DNA from: a bacterium
Lineage (GTDB): Bacteria; Patescibacteriota; Dojkabacteria; SC72
Length of the DNA: 64,000 bases
Direction: 5' to 3'
NCBI GenBank assembly: GCA_021108295.1
Contig: JAIORF010000102.1
Coordinates: forward strand, 226,681-290,680
Below are positions 38,432 to 46,450 of the stretch, piece by piece (the first letter of the stretch is position 1; each line of letters begins with the position of its first letter). Below the pieces are notes generated by a model, which saw only the letters and a list, made by a program, of their open reading frames with translations, did no database searches and had not been told where the DNA came from. The translations under genes were made by a program, and so were the position numbers.

Positions 38432-39175
38432 ATGATAGTCAAGAACGCTAAACAAGAAAGGTTGTTGAGGGAGGCTGGAAAAATATCCTCTGATATATTA
38501 CGTACCTTAGGTAGTAATATTGATATTGGTATTACACCCCTACAACTAGAAGAATTAGCACAAAGAATGTGTAAGGAATATGGTGTAAAACCCTCCTTTA
38601 TGACAGTACCTGGATATAACTATGCTACATGCATATCAGTCAACGACTGTATTTTACACGGTATACCAAACGACACCCCCTTCAAGGAAAGCGACTTAGT
38701 TAAGATTGATTTTGGAATTGTGTACAAAAGATTCTGTACAGACCATTGTTGGACATGGGGTGTAGGTAAGATGACAAAAGAGGATAAAAGATTAATGGAA
38801 GCTGGGAGAGAAGCCACAGAAAATGGTTGTAAAATGGCTATCGCAGGGAACACAACTGGCGATATTTCTAATGCACTCTACTCTACTGCTACAAAGTATG
38901 GCTATACTACTCTAAAAGACTACGTGGCTCATGGTATTGGTAAAACACTCCATGAAAGACCACAAATTCTTTCATTTGGTGAACCGGGTACAGGAGAAAG
39001 ATTAAAAAATGGTATGGTTGTGTGTATTGAATGTCAGGTAGTGAGCTGTCCGGACACCCACATTAGTGACAATGGCTGGGACATTATGTCCTCTGATGGT
39101 TCTAATGGTAGTATGTATGAGTATATGGGTATAATTAGAGAGAAAGGTTTTGATAAGCTAACAGAGAGTTTTTAA
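38432..39175 (+). CDS. map: methionine aminopeptidase, type I
   Basis: It has the SVNDCILHGIP motif and conserved metal ligands (D, D, H, E, E pattern: FGIVYKRFCTDH, VAHGIG, CIECQ). Confidence 0.9.
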   Translation: MIVKNAKQERLLREAGKISSDILRTLGSNIDIGITPLQLEELAQRMCKEYGVKPSFMTVPGYNYATCISVNDCILHGIPNDTPFKESDLVKIDFGIVYKRFCTDHCWTWGVGKMTKEDKRLMEAGREATENGCKMAIAGNTTGDISNALYSTATKYGYTTLKDYVAHGIGKTLHERPQILSFGEPGTGERLKNGMVVCIECQVVSCPDTHISDNGWDIMSSDGSNGSMYEYMGIIREKGFDKLTESF

Positions 39176-39194
39176 AATATTAAGTATAAAATAT

Positions 39195-40112
39195 ATGTAT
39201 GATGTTGCAATAATAGGAAGTGGACCAGCAGGATATAGTGCTGGAATATACTCAAGTAGATACCAATTAAAAACCATAATATTTGGGAAAATGATGGGAG
39301 GGACATTGTCGCAAGCTCACAAAGTATGTAACTATCCAGGAATGCAAGATATTGCAGGAATGGATTTAAGTACAAAAATGCATGAACATGCACAAGCCAA
39401 TGGGTGCGAGATGAAATTTGAAAGTATTACTAGTGTAGAAAAGAAAGGAGACACCTTTCTATTACTCAGTGATAGTGGAAATACTTATGAAAGCAAAACT
39501 GTACTGCTCACTACAGGAACCGAGAGGACTAAACTTACAATCCCTAATGAGAAGAAATATCTTGGAAAGGGTCTCTCTTACTGTGCAACCTGTGATGGGA
39601 ATTTCTATAAAGATAAGACTGTTGGTGTAATTGGTGGAAGTAGTGCTGCTACAATGGCTGCTATAATGCTTAGTAATATAGCAAAGCAGGTCTACATCCT
39701 TTATCGAGGTAACGAGCTTAGAGGAGATCCTTCATGGAAAGAGCAAGTCCTCAAGACAGAAAATATACATGTATTACTATCAACCGTAGTTACAGACTTG
39801 CAAGGAGAAGAAAGGCTGGAGTCTCTTAAGCTGAGTAAGAAGTATAAAGAGAGTAATATATTGGATGTAGATGGAGTTTTTGTAGAGATTGGGAGCGAAC
39901 CCAACAAGGATTTACCAATATTGATGGGTATTGAGAGTGATGAGAAAGGATATTTGGAAGTAAATCAAGCACAAAGAGCCAATATTGACGGAATATGGGC
40001 AGCTGGTGATTGTACAACCAATTCTAATGGATTTAGACAGGTCGTAACTGCAGCCTCAGAAGGAGCTATAGCCGCTAATGATATATATCAATACTTAAAA
40101 GGTAGAAGTTAA
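39195..40112 (+). CDS. trxB: thioredoxin-disulfide reductase
   Basis: The FAD motif is GSGPAGYSAG. The redox-active site is CATCDG. The NADPH motif is GGSSAATMA. Confidence 0.85.
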   Translation: MYDVAIIGSGPAGYSAGIYSSRYQLKTIIFGKMMGGTLSQAHKVCNYPGMQDIAGMDLSTKMHEHAQANGCEMKFESITSVEKKGDTFLLLSDSGNTYESKTVLLTTGTERTKLTIPNEKKYLGKGLSYCATCDGNFYKDKTVGVIGGSSAATMAAIMLSNIAKQVYILYRGNELRGDPSWKEQVLKTENIHVLLSTVVTDLQGEERLESLKLSKKYKESNILDVDGVFVEIGSEPNKDLPILMGIESDEKGYLEVNQAQRANIDGIWAAGDCTTNSNGFRQVVTAASEGAIAANDIYQYLKGRS

Positions 40113-40597
40113 TCCTCTCTTGAATTAACAAAATCTACCCATTCTTGAAGATAATTGGAACTAGACCACATTTTTGGATCTCCAACATTAAACTCTACTC
40201 TACCACCGCTTCTTTCAACCACTTCAAACTCTGGGACAACCTTTGACCCATCTCTATCTCCACCCTTAGTAAACACATCGGGTTTTATTATTTCAATAGC
40301 TTCAACACAGTGAGTTGCTGTTAGATGTTCATGAATCACAACATAATCCACACCTTTTATTGTATCAATAATTTTTGCTCTATCCATAGCAGGCATGAAA
40401 GGCTTCCCATTTTTTGTAATAGCTCTTGTATCTCCATCTAAAACAACAACAAGTACATCTCCAAACTTCTTAGATTCTACAATTATTGAAGTATGACCAG
40501 GATGAAGAGGATCAAAAAAGCCAGAAGTAGCTACAATTGTTTTTCCTTGCAGTTTCTCTTTCCTTAATTTGGGGAAATCTTTTAGTGGAATAACCAT
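40109..40597 (-). CDS. cytidylyltransferase-like adenylyl/cytidylyltransferase (RfaE/HldE domain-II-like)
   Basis: It has the GxFDxxHxGH motif (SGFFDPLHPGH) and the downstream LVVVLDGD and FTKGGD signatures shared with D-beta-D-heptose-1-P adenylyltransferase and TagD-type enzymes. It is 162 aa. Confidence 0.6.
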   Translation of the reverse strand: MVIPLKDFPKLRKEKLQGKTIVATSGFFDPLHPGHTSIIVESKKFGDVLVVVLDGDTRAITKNGKPFMPAMDRAKIIDTIKGVDYVVIHEHLTATHCVEAIEIIKPDVFTKGGDRDGSKVVPEFEVVERSGGRVEFNVGDPKMWSSSNYLQEWVDFVNSRED

Positions 40598-40766
40598 ATT
40601 AATATATTTACAACTTATTTAATATTTAAGCAAAGAAGCTCTCTGATTGCAATACATATACCCTATATTTTTATCTATAATCATAAGTTAGCCTGTAGTT
40701 CAACCCTATATTTTCAAAAGATTGGCACAACGACACTTCATGTTACGAGAACTACAAGACATTTGT

Positions 40767-40821
40767 ATTATACAACCCGTTGTATATAATGGGGACACAA
40801 TACACAACCAATTGTATAAAC
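40767..40821. promoter_or_regulatory. two tandem NrdR-box-like palindromes upstream of nrdR-nrdD-nrdG
   Basis: Box 1 is ATTATACAACccgTTGTATATAAT (about 40767-40790). Box 2 is TACACAAccaaTTGTATA (about 40801-40818). Both are imperfect inverted repeats of ACAA..TTGT type with centres about 32 bp apart. They end immediately 5' of the nrdR ATG at 40823. Confidence 0.4.
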
Positions 40822-40822
40822 T

Positions 40823-41266
40823 ATGAAATGTCCATATTGCGCATGCACTACCTCTAAGGTAGTAGACAAGAGAGACAACAACGAAGAAGGCACCACTCGA
40901 AGAAGGCGACAATGTCTTAGGTGTGGTAGAAGGTATACAACATATGAGCGGATAGAGAAGATTGATATAAGTATTGAAAAACGAGATAGCTCTTTAGAAA
41001 ATTTTGATATAGAGAAACTTAAGAAAGGAATTCTTAAAGCAGTTGATACCGAAAGGATACCGATAGCCGATATCGACAAATTCTGTGAGGATGTAGAACG
41101 TCAAGTAATAGTAAGTCCCCAGCCACTTACATCTACACAGATAGGCAACATCGTATTGACTTGGTTAAAAACAAAAGACCCTTTAGCCTATATGAGATTT
41201 GCTTCTGTCTATCGCAATTTCGAATCTATTAGCGATTTCAAAAAAGAATTAGAAAAAATTAATTAA
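40823..41266 (+). CDS. nrdR: transcriptional repressor NrdR
   Basis: The N-terminal zinc ribbon is MKCPYCACTTSKVVDKR...RRRQCLRCGRRYTTYERIE. An ATP-cone domain follows. Confidence 0.9.
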   Translation: MKCPYCACTTSKVVDKRDNNEEGTTRRRRQCLRCGRRYTTYERIEKIDISIEKRDSSLENFDIEKLKKGILKAVDTERIPIADIDKFCEDVERQVIVSPQPLTSTQIGNIVLTWLKTKDPLAYMRFASVYRNFESISDFKKELEKIN

Positions 41267-41283
41267 ATTATTTATCTGCCCAC

Positions 41284-43368
41284 ATGCCTAACCCAAAATC
41301 CAGTACAACACCAAAAAGTGCTACAGTAAAATCCAAGGTTAAGAAAAGAGATGGCCGTATTGTTGATTTCAATAAAGAGCGTATAGAGTCCGGAGTATTT
41401 AAAGCCGCAGAAAGTGTGGGAGGGAAAGATAGGGCTAGAGCTAAAGATGTTGCCAACGAAGTAACCAAAAGGCTTTCAGAAAAATATAAAAACAAAGATA
41501 TTGTTACCACTATAGATATTGCAGATGTCGTACAAGAGACTCTGTTAGATATGGGGCATGGGAAAACTTCTGTTGCTTTTGAATTGTTCCTAGCTCTTCG
41601 AAACGAAATAAAAAACATCAACTCTTTGGTAGATGCAAACACCTTAATCCATAAATATATCAACATGGAGGACTGGAGGATTAAGGAGAATAGTAATATG
41701 GCATATTCTTGGCAAGGTCTGAATTTCCATATTTCTTCCACAGTTCAGGCCAACTATTGGCTACACAGTATATACCCAAAGAAAATTGGAAGTGCCCATA
41801 TCAATGCTGATATTCACATTCACGATCTTGGTATGCTTGCTACATATTGCTGTGGCTGGAGCCTAGAGGACTTGTTAGTTAAAGGATTTACTGGTGTCCC
41901 TGGTAAGATTGCTAGTTCTCCTGCAAAGCATCTTAGAACTGCTCTAGGGCAGGTAGTTAATTACCTTTATACTCTTCAGCACGAAGCTGCTGGCGCACAG
42001 GCATTTTCAAGCTTTGACACCTACCTAGCCCCATTTATTAGATACGATGACTTATCATACAAAGAGGTTAAACAAGCTATGCAAGAGTTTCTCTTCAATA
42101 TGAATATCCCAACTAGAGTTGGATGCCAAACTCCTTTTACCAATATCACTATGGATCTTAGACCACATGGGATGCTTGCTGATCAGGCTGTAATTATTGG
42201 TGGTAAGCCACAAAAGGAGACATATGGAGAATTCCAGAAAGAGATGGATATGATTAACAAAGCATTTTGCGAAGTTATGCTAGAGGGAGATTCACAAGGC
42301 AGACTTTTCTCTTATCCAATTCCTACATACAATTTGACAAAAGATTTCGAATGGGAGAATCCTAAATATGACCAGTTATGGGAAATGACGGCAAAGTACG
42401 GTATCCCCTACTTTAGCAATTTTATTAATTCCGATATGAGCCCCGACGATGCTAGATCTATGTGCTGCAGATTGCGCTTGGACAACAGGGTATTAAGAAA
42501 AAGGGGTGGTGGTATGTTTGGAGCAAATCCTCTTACTGGAAGCATTGGTGTTGTAACTATCAACATGGCAAGAATTGGATATCTTGCGAAGAATAGGAAA
42601 GAATATTTTGAGATGCTTGACCATTGGATGGATGTCTCAAAAAAGAGCTTAATGATTAAAAGAGAATTTGTAGAAAAATACATGAAAAAGGGACTTTATC
42701 CATACTCTAAGTTCTACCTAGCAGATGTTGCTAAGAGATTTAAAGGGGAATATTTCAAAAACCATTTTAGTACAATTGGCTTACTTGGTCTTAACGAATC
42801 AATAGTCAACTTTATGAAAGATGAAGATATTACCACTAAGAAAGGCCACAAATTCGGTGTTGAAGTTATGGACCATATGAGAGAGCGCCTAATGGATTAT
42901 CAAAACGAAACCAATCAACTCTTTAATCTGGAGGCCACTCCTGGAGAGAGTACAACATACAGATTTGCTAAAGCTGACAAGAAGAAGTATGAGGATATAA
43001 TTTGTGCTGCAGATATTGGCTCAACAAAAGCTATGGATCCTTACTACACCAACTCTTCTCAACTTCCAGTAGGATATACAAATGATGTATGGGAAGCTTT
43101 AGATTTACAAGACGACTTCCAAGTTAAATATACAGGAGGTACAGTTCTCCATATATTCTTGGGCGAAAAGATGCCAAGTATCGAAAGTACGAGAAGTTTC
43201 GTAAAAAAAATTGCTGAGAATTACACATTACCATACTTCTCTATCACCCCCACCTTTAGTGTATGTCCAAAGCATGGATATATTTCAGGAGAACATGAAT
43301 TCTGTCCAAAATGTGATGCTGCATTAGGATTTAAGGAGGGAATGGATTATATTACTGCCGAATATTAG
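41284..43368 (+). CDS. nrdD: anaerobic ribonucleoside-triphosphate reductase (class III), lacking the C-terminal glycyl-radical segment
   Basis: It has an N-terminal ATP cone (KVKKRDGRIVDFNKERI) and a conserved active-site CCRL (SMCCRLRLD). The C-terminal zinc ribbon is CPKHGY...CPKCD. The ORF ends at TAG 43366-43368, before the expected RVxGY glycyl-radical motif. Confidence 0.85.
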   Translation: MPNPKSSTTPKSATVKSKVKKRDGRIVDFNKERIESGVFKAAESVGGKDRARAKDVANEVTKRLSEKYKNKDIVTTIDIADVVQETLLDMGHGKTSVAFELFLALRNEIKNINSLVDANTLIHKYINMEDWRIKENSNMAYSWQGLNFHISSTVQANYWLHSIYPKKIGSAHINADIHIHDLGMLATYCCGWSLEDLLVKGFTGVPGKIASSPAKHLRTALGQVVNYLYTLQHEAAGAQAFSSFDTYLAPFIRYDDLSYKEVKQAMQEFLFNMNIPTRVGCQTPFTNITMDLRPHGMLADQAVIIGGKPQKETYGEFQKEMDMINKAFCEVMLEGDSQGRLFSYPIPTYNLTKDFEWENPKYDQLWEMTAKYGIPYFSNFINSDMSPDDARSMCCRLRLDNRVLRKRGGGMFGANPLTGSIGVVTINMARIGYLAKNRKEYFEMLDHWMDVSKKSLMIKREFVEKYMKKGLYPYSKFYLADVAKRFKGEYFKNHFSTIGLLGLNESIVNFMKDEDITTKKGHKFGVEVMDHMRERLMDYQNETNQLFNLEATPGESTTYRFAKADKKKYEDIICAADIGSTKAMDPYYTNSSQLPVGYTNDVWEALDLQDDFQVKYTGGTVLHIFLGEKMPSIESTRSFVKKIAENYTLPYFSITPTFSVCPKHGYISGEHEFCPKCDAALGFKEGMDYITAEY

Positions 43369-43395
43369 AATATTTAAATTATAACTGCTCAAGTT

Positions 43396-43518
43396 ATGAA
43401 GAAAGTTCAGAGACAAAGATGCGAGGTATACTCACGAGTTGTGGGATATATCAGACCTGTCAAGCAGTGGAATAAAGGGAAAGTCTCAGAGTTCCATGAC
43501 AGAAAGATGTTTGACTAA
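43396..43518 (+). CDS. 40-aa ORF encoding an NrdD-type glycyl-radical motif (EVYSRVVGYIRPVKQWNKGKVSEFHDRK), in frame with nrdD
   Basis: Translation is MKKVQRQRCEVYSRVVGYIRPVKQWNKGKVSEFHDRKMFD. It matches the conserved NrdD C-terminus (EVYSRVxGYxRPVxxWNxGKxxEFxxRK). It is in the same frame as nrdD but is separated from it by two in-frame stops (TAG 43366, TAA 43375). It ends 2 nt before the nrdG ATG. Confidence 0.6.
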   Translation: MKKVQRQRCEVYSRVVGYIRPVKQWNKGKVSEFHDRKMFD

Positions 43519-43520
43519 AT

Positions 43521-44204
43521 ATGTTAATAGCTGGTTTTGAAAAGAACTCATTACTAGACTACCCTAGTAAGATTGCATCTATTGTATTTACCTATGGATG
43601 CAATCTCAGATGTGGTTACTGTCACAACCCCGAGTTGGTTACAGAGCCTTGTAAAAAAGATGCGATTATAGCCGAGGATATGGTTCTTACTTACCTCAAA
43701 AAGCGCAAGGGTTTAATTGATGCTTTAGTGATTACAGGGGGCGAACCTACACTACAATCTGACTTAATCCCCTTTATCAAAAAAGTTAAAAGTCTAAATC
43801 TGTTAGTTAAGCTTGATACCAATGGAGTATTAGACAGTATTGTTAAGGAGATAATAGGGTTAGACATAGTAGACTACTGGGCAATGGATATCAAATACCC
43901 TCAAGAATATTACGAAGAGTATGATATAGATACTAAATCAATTAGGCGTAGTATTGATATGATTATGGATAGTGGAAAGGATTATGAATTTAGAACCACC
44001 TATGTCAAAGGCCTACATACCATAGAAGACGCCAACGGCATTGGAGAGATGATTACAGGGTGTAAGAACTACTACATACAGAACTTTAGAAAGGGAAAAA
44101 CCATAGATCCTACACTAGATAGAAGCAATTCCTTTACAGAAGGAGAGTTAGAAGCTATTAAAAAGATTGTCACTCCCTATGTAGATCGTGTAGCTATAAG
44201 ATAG
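43521..44204 (+). CDS. nrdG: anaerobic ribonucleotide reductase activating protein (radical SAM)
   Basis: It has the CxxxCxxC cluster (CNLRCGYCHN) and the Gly-rich SAM motif (VITGGEPT). It is 227 aa. Confidence 0.85.
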   Translation: MLIAGFEKNSLLDYPSKIASIVFTYGCNLRCGYCHNPELVTEPCKKDAIIAEDMVLTYLKKRKGLIDALVITGGEPTLQSDLIPFIKKVKSLNLLVKLDTNGVLDSIVKEIIGLDIVDYWAMDIKYPQEYYEEYDIDTKSIRRSIDMIMDSGKDYEFRTTYVKGLHTIEDANGIGEMITGCKNYYIQNFRKGKTIDPTLDRSNSFTEGELEAIKKIVTPYVDRVAIR

Positions 44205-44324
44205 CCTTCATACCACCCACCTCTCTCTGATTTATAGAATCTCACTCTCCAACAATCTGTATGCTATTGTACACATAGGTAGAGATGTTATATACTTGGA
44301 GATATAAATTATATTTCAAAAGTT

Positions 44325-44702
44325 ATGGCAGAAACAACAACTGCAAAGAGTGCGGAAAAGGTTTATACCTTGGAAGACATTAAGTTTAATGAAGAGAATA
44401 AGACAATGGCAATACTAGGATGTATTCCTATTGTTGGTTTAATTCTTCTTTTCACAGAAAAGGATGATAAATTTGTAAGATATATGAGTGCACAGTTTGT
44501 TATTGCAGCATTAGTCTCAGTAGCATTATCAATACTTGTTGTTATTCCTATATTAGGAATACTTATAGCTATTGCATCATTCTTCTATGGAATTGTAATA
44601 TTTGTAATGATGATTATGGCAATGGTTAAAGTTTCAAATGGAGAAAGATACGACCTACCTGTAATTTCTGAGTATGCTCTTAAACTTATGGCTAAGATTT
44701 AA
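44325..44702 (+). CDS. small membrane protein (DUF4870-like topology)
   Basis: 125 aa with two long hydrophobic helices. The motif MAILGCIPIVGLILLF recalls the DUF4870/YIP-like family. Confidence 0.35.
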   Translation: MAETTTAKSAEKVYTLEDIKFNEENKTMAILGCIPIVGLILLFTEKDDKFVRYMSAQFVIAALVSVALSILVVIPILGILIAIASFFYGIVIFVMMIMAMVKVSNGERYDLPVISEYALKLMAKI

Positions 44703-44791
44703 TCGTTTGTTATCATAGACATACCTAAAAAAGGGAGGATTTCTCCCTTTTTTGTTTTCATAATCTATGGTAAAATCTCATCAAGTGGTAT

Positions 44792-44868
44792 CGGGGAATA
44801 GTTCAGATGGCTAGAACGCTGCTTTTGGGAAGCAGAGGTCGCAGGTTCGAGTCCTGTTTCCCCGACCA
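44792..44868 (+). tRNA. tRNA-Pro (anticodon TGG)
   Basis: CGGGGAA TA GTTC AGATGGCTA GAAC G CTGCT TTTGGGA AGCAG AGGTC GCAGG TTCGAGT CCTGT TTCCCCG A CCA. This is a full cloverleaf with an encoded CCA. Confidence 0.85.
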
Positions 44869-44968
44869 ATATAACTCCAGATGAAAAACCTTCTTTAGAA
44901 CTTGACTCCATAATTACATTTAGAGTATATTAAAAATATACTAAGTTGTTATTTCATTTCCAAAAGAA

Positions 44969-45352
44969 ATGCTGGACGATTTAATAAAAACGATAGGGCC
45001 AGTGAGAAATGCCCTAAATCAAGACCAAACTCCAAACAAATCAGGAGGTGAGACAAATAATACTTTCCAAATAGAAACAGAAAGGGACGAAACCCTACAC
45101 AATGCAACAAAGGATCAGGTGATAGCTGGGCAGAATTCAACTAGCTCTGATAATTCCTTTATGACTTTATCCAAAGGTGAAGATTTTATACAAGTTGCTC
45201 ATTCAGATAAAGGATTCGTTGTTCAATACAAAAAAGACGGCAAACAATTTGAAGCAAAAGAAGTTTTATCAAAAGAAAAAACGGGAAAGTTATGCGTAAG
45301 TTTTTACAATGAAGAAAACTTAAAGGGGGTGGCTAACTGGAGTGACTTTTAG
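44969..45352 (+). CDS. hypothetical protein (127 aa)
   Basis: ORF inside the cassette flanked by the two tRNA-Pro copies. It is hydrophilic. I recognise no family. Confidence 0.35.
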   Translation: MLDDLIKTIGPVRNALNQDQTPNKSGGETNNTFQIETERDETLHNATKDQVIAGQNSTSSDNSFMTLSKGEDFIQVAHSDKGFVVQYKKDGKQFEAKEVLSKEKTGKLCVSFYNEENLKGVANWSDF

Positions 45353-45414
45353 TTACTATAAATCTCCAAAACCCCAGCATAATTACCATATTTTATTTAA
45401 TTCTTTATATAATC

Positions 45415-46347
45415 ATGACAGACAAACAAAATGTCCCGGTAACGAGTGAGCCCGTGGCAAACAGCCCAGTAACAGACGCCCCAGCAGTCGACTCAGTTTC
45501 AGAGCCTAAGGGGAAAAAATCAAAGGTATGGCTCATTGTACTTATCATCGTCCTCATCTTACTATGCCTTGGTATTAGTGCAATAGTATTCTTTGTTAGA
45601 AATATGTCCACGGATACAATTTCAGATCTCTCCGATACCAACGAACAAGTAGACGAAATTGATGAGTCGACAGATACTACAAACCTCAGTGAAAGCTCTG
45701 ATCTGGCAGGGAAGTGGGTAGATGTATATTCTGAATCTGGACAAGGAAGTAAAAATACAAAAATATTTCAGATAGACCGGGACAACAGCAATGGATGGCA
45801 GATTATCTATACATTCGCAGGAAGCTCGGATACTTCGACATTATCTATTGATTCGACTTCCCCACCTTTAACTTATGGAACTACTGTAGTCGACCATGTA
45901 TATGAGAATGGCGAGGTCAGCCTAGATGAAGATGGTCCTTACTATCTTACGATTGCAACAGACGACGATTCTTCTTGGACAATACAGATAAAACAACTTA
46001 TGAACGATCAAATACTAACAAACGTCCTAGACGATAGCACAGGAGAATGGGCCGATATATTGTCAGACGAAGGAATCGGAAGTCAAAACACAGAGGTTTT
46101 CCAAATCAGCAAAGATAATAGTAAAGGGTGGGAAATCGTCTACACATTCCAAGGAAGTTCTGACACCTCAACCTTGTACATTGAATACGTTGTTCCAGAG
46201 TTGACTTACGGTACAACCGTAGTTGAATATGTATACGAAGGTGGAACATTTACTTTCGACGAAACCACGACAGGTTCATACTATTTGAGAATTGGGACTG
46301 ATGACAACTCATCCTGGACAGTAGAAATCCGACAACTTCTGGACTAG
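45415..46347 (+). CDS. hypothetical membrane-anchored protein with an internal tandem duplication
   Basis: It has an N-terminal Pro/Ser-rich segment followed by a TM helix (VWLIVLIIVLILLCLGISAIVFFV). Two about 100-aa repeats follow, at residues about 103-200 and about 209-310. These are W(V/A)D..S..G.GS.NT..FQI..DNS.GW.I.YTF.GSSDTSTL.I....P.LTYGTTVV..VYE.G....DE...YYL.I.TDD.SSWT..I.QL. Confidence 0.5.
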   Translation: MTDKQNVPVTSEPVANSPVTDAPAVDSVSEPKGKKSKVWLIVLIIVLILLCLGISAIVFFVRNMSTDTISDLSDTNEQVDEIDESTDTTNLSESSDLAGKWVDVYSESGQGSKNTKIFQIDRDNSNGWQIIYTFAGSSDTSTLSIDSTSPPLTYGTTVVDHVYENGEVSLDEDGPYYLTIATDDDSSWTIQIKQLMNDQILTNVLDDSTGEWADILSDEGIGSQNTEVFQISKDNSKGWEIVYTFQGSSDTSTLYIEYVVPELTYGTTVVEYVYEGGTFTFDETTTGSYYLRIGTDDNSSWTVEIRQLLD

Positions 46348-46368
46348 TTTAAAACCATATGTTCTTTT

Positions 46369-46444
46369 GCTAAGTACAGTTCAGATAGTAAGGACGCTAC
46401 GTTTGGGGGACAGAGGTCAGGTTCAAGTCTTATTTGCCCCACCA
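46369..46444 (+). pseudogene. degenerate tRNA-Pro-like copy (tRNA pseudogene or att-like remnant)
   Basis: GCTAAGTACAGTTCAGATAGTAAGGACGCTACGTTTGGGGGACAGAGGTCAGGTTCAAGTCTTATTTGCCCCACCA aligns with the bona fide tRNA-Pro at 44792 along the D-arm to the CCA. The aligned blocks include AGTTCAGAT, ACGCT, TTTGGG, CAGAGGTC, AGGTTCaAGTC and CCCC-ACCA. The acceptor 5' strand is absent. The anticodon and T stems are broken. Confidence 0.5.
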
Positions 46445-46450
46445 ACACAA

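Noticed and set aside
40706-41079. Minus-strand ORFs (40706-40912, 40768-41079) overlapping the nrdR promoter and gene
   Set aside because: They overlap the strongly supported nrdR CDS and its regulatory palindromes and have no motifs. They are treated as artefacts.
43366-43377. In-frame TAG and TAA between the two nrdD pieces as possible stop-codon reassignment
   Set aside because: Every other confidently identified gene in the window terminates on TAA or TAG at the position expected from homologues, for example nrdR, uvrB, mutL and map. A reassigned stop code is therefore not supported. The split is better explained as a gene fission or pseudogenisation.
46369-46444. Second tRNA-Pro gene
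   Set aside because: Although collinear with tRNA-Pro, it has no 5' acceptor strand complementary to its 3' end. Its anticodon and T stems do not pair. It is called a degenerate copy, not a functional tRNA.
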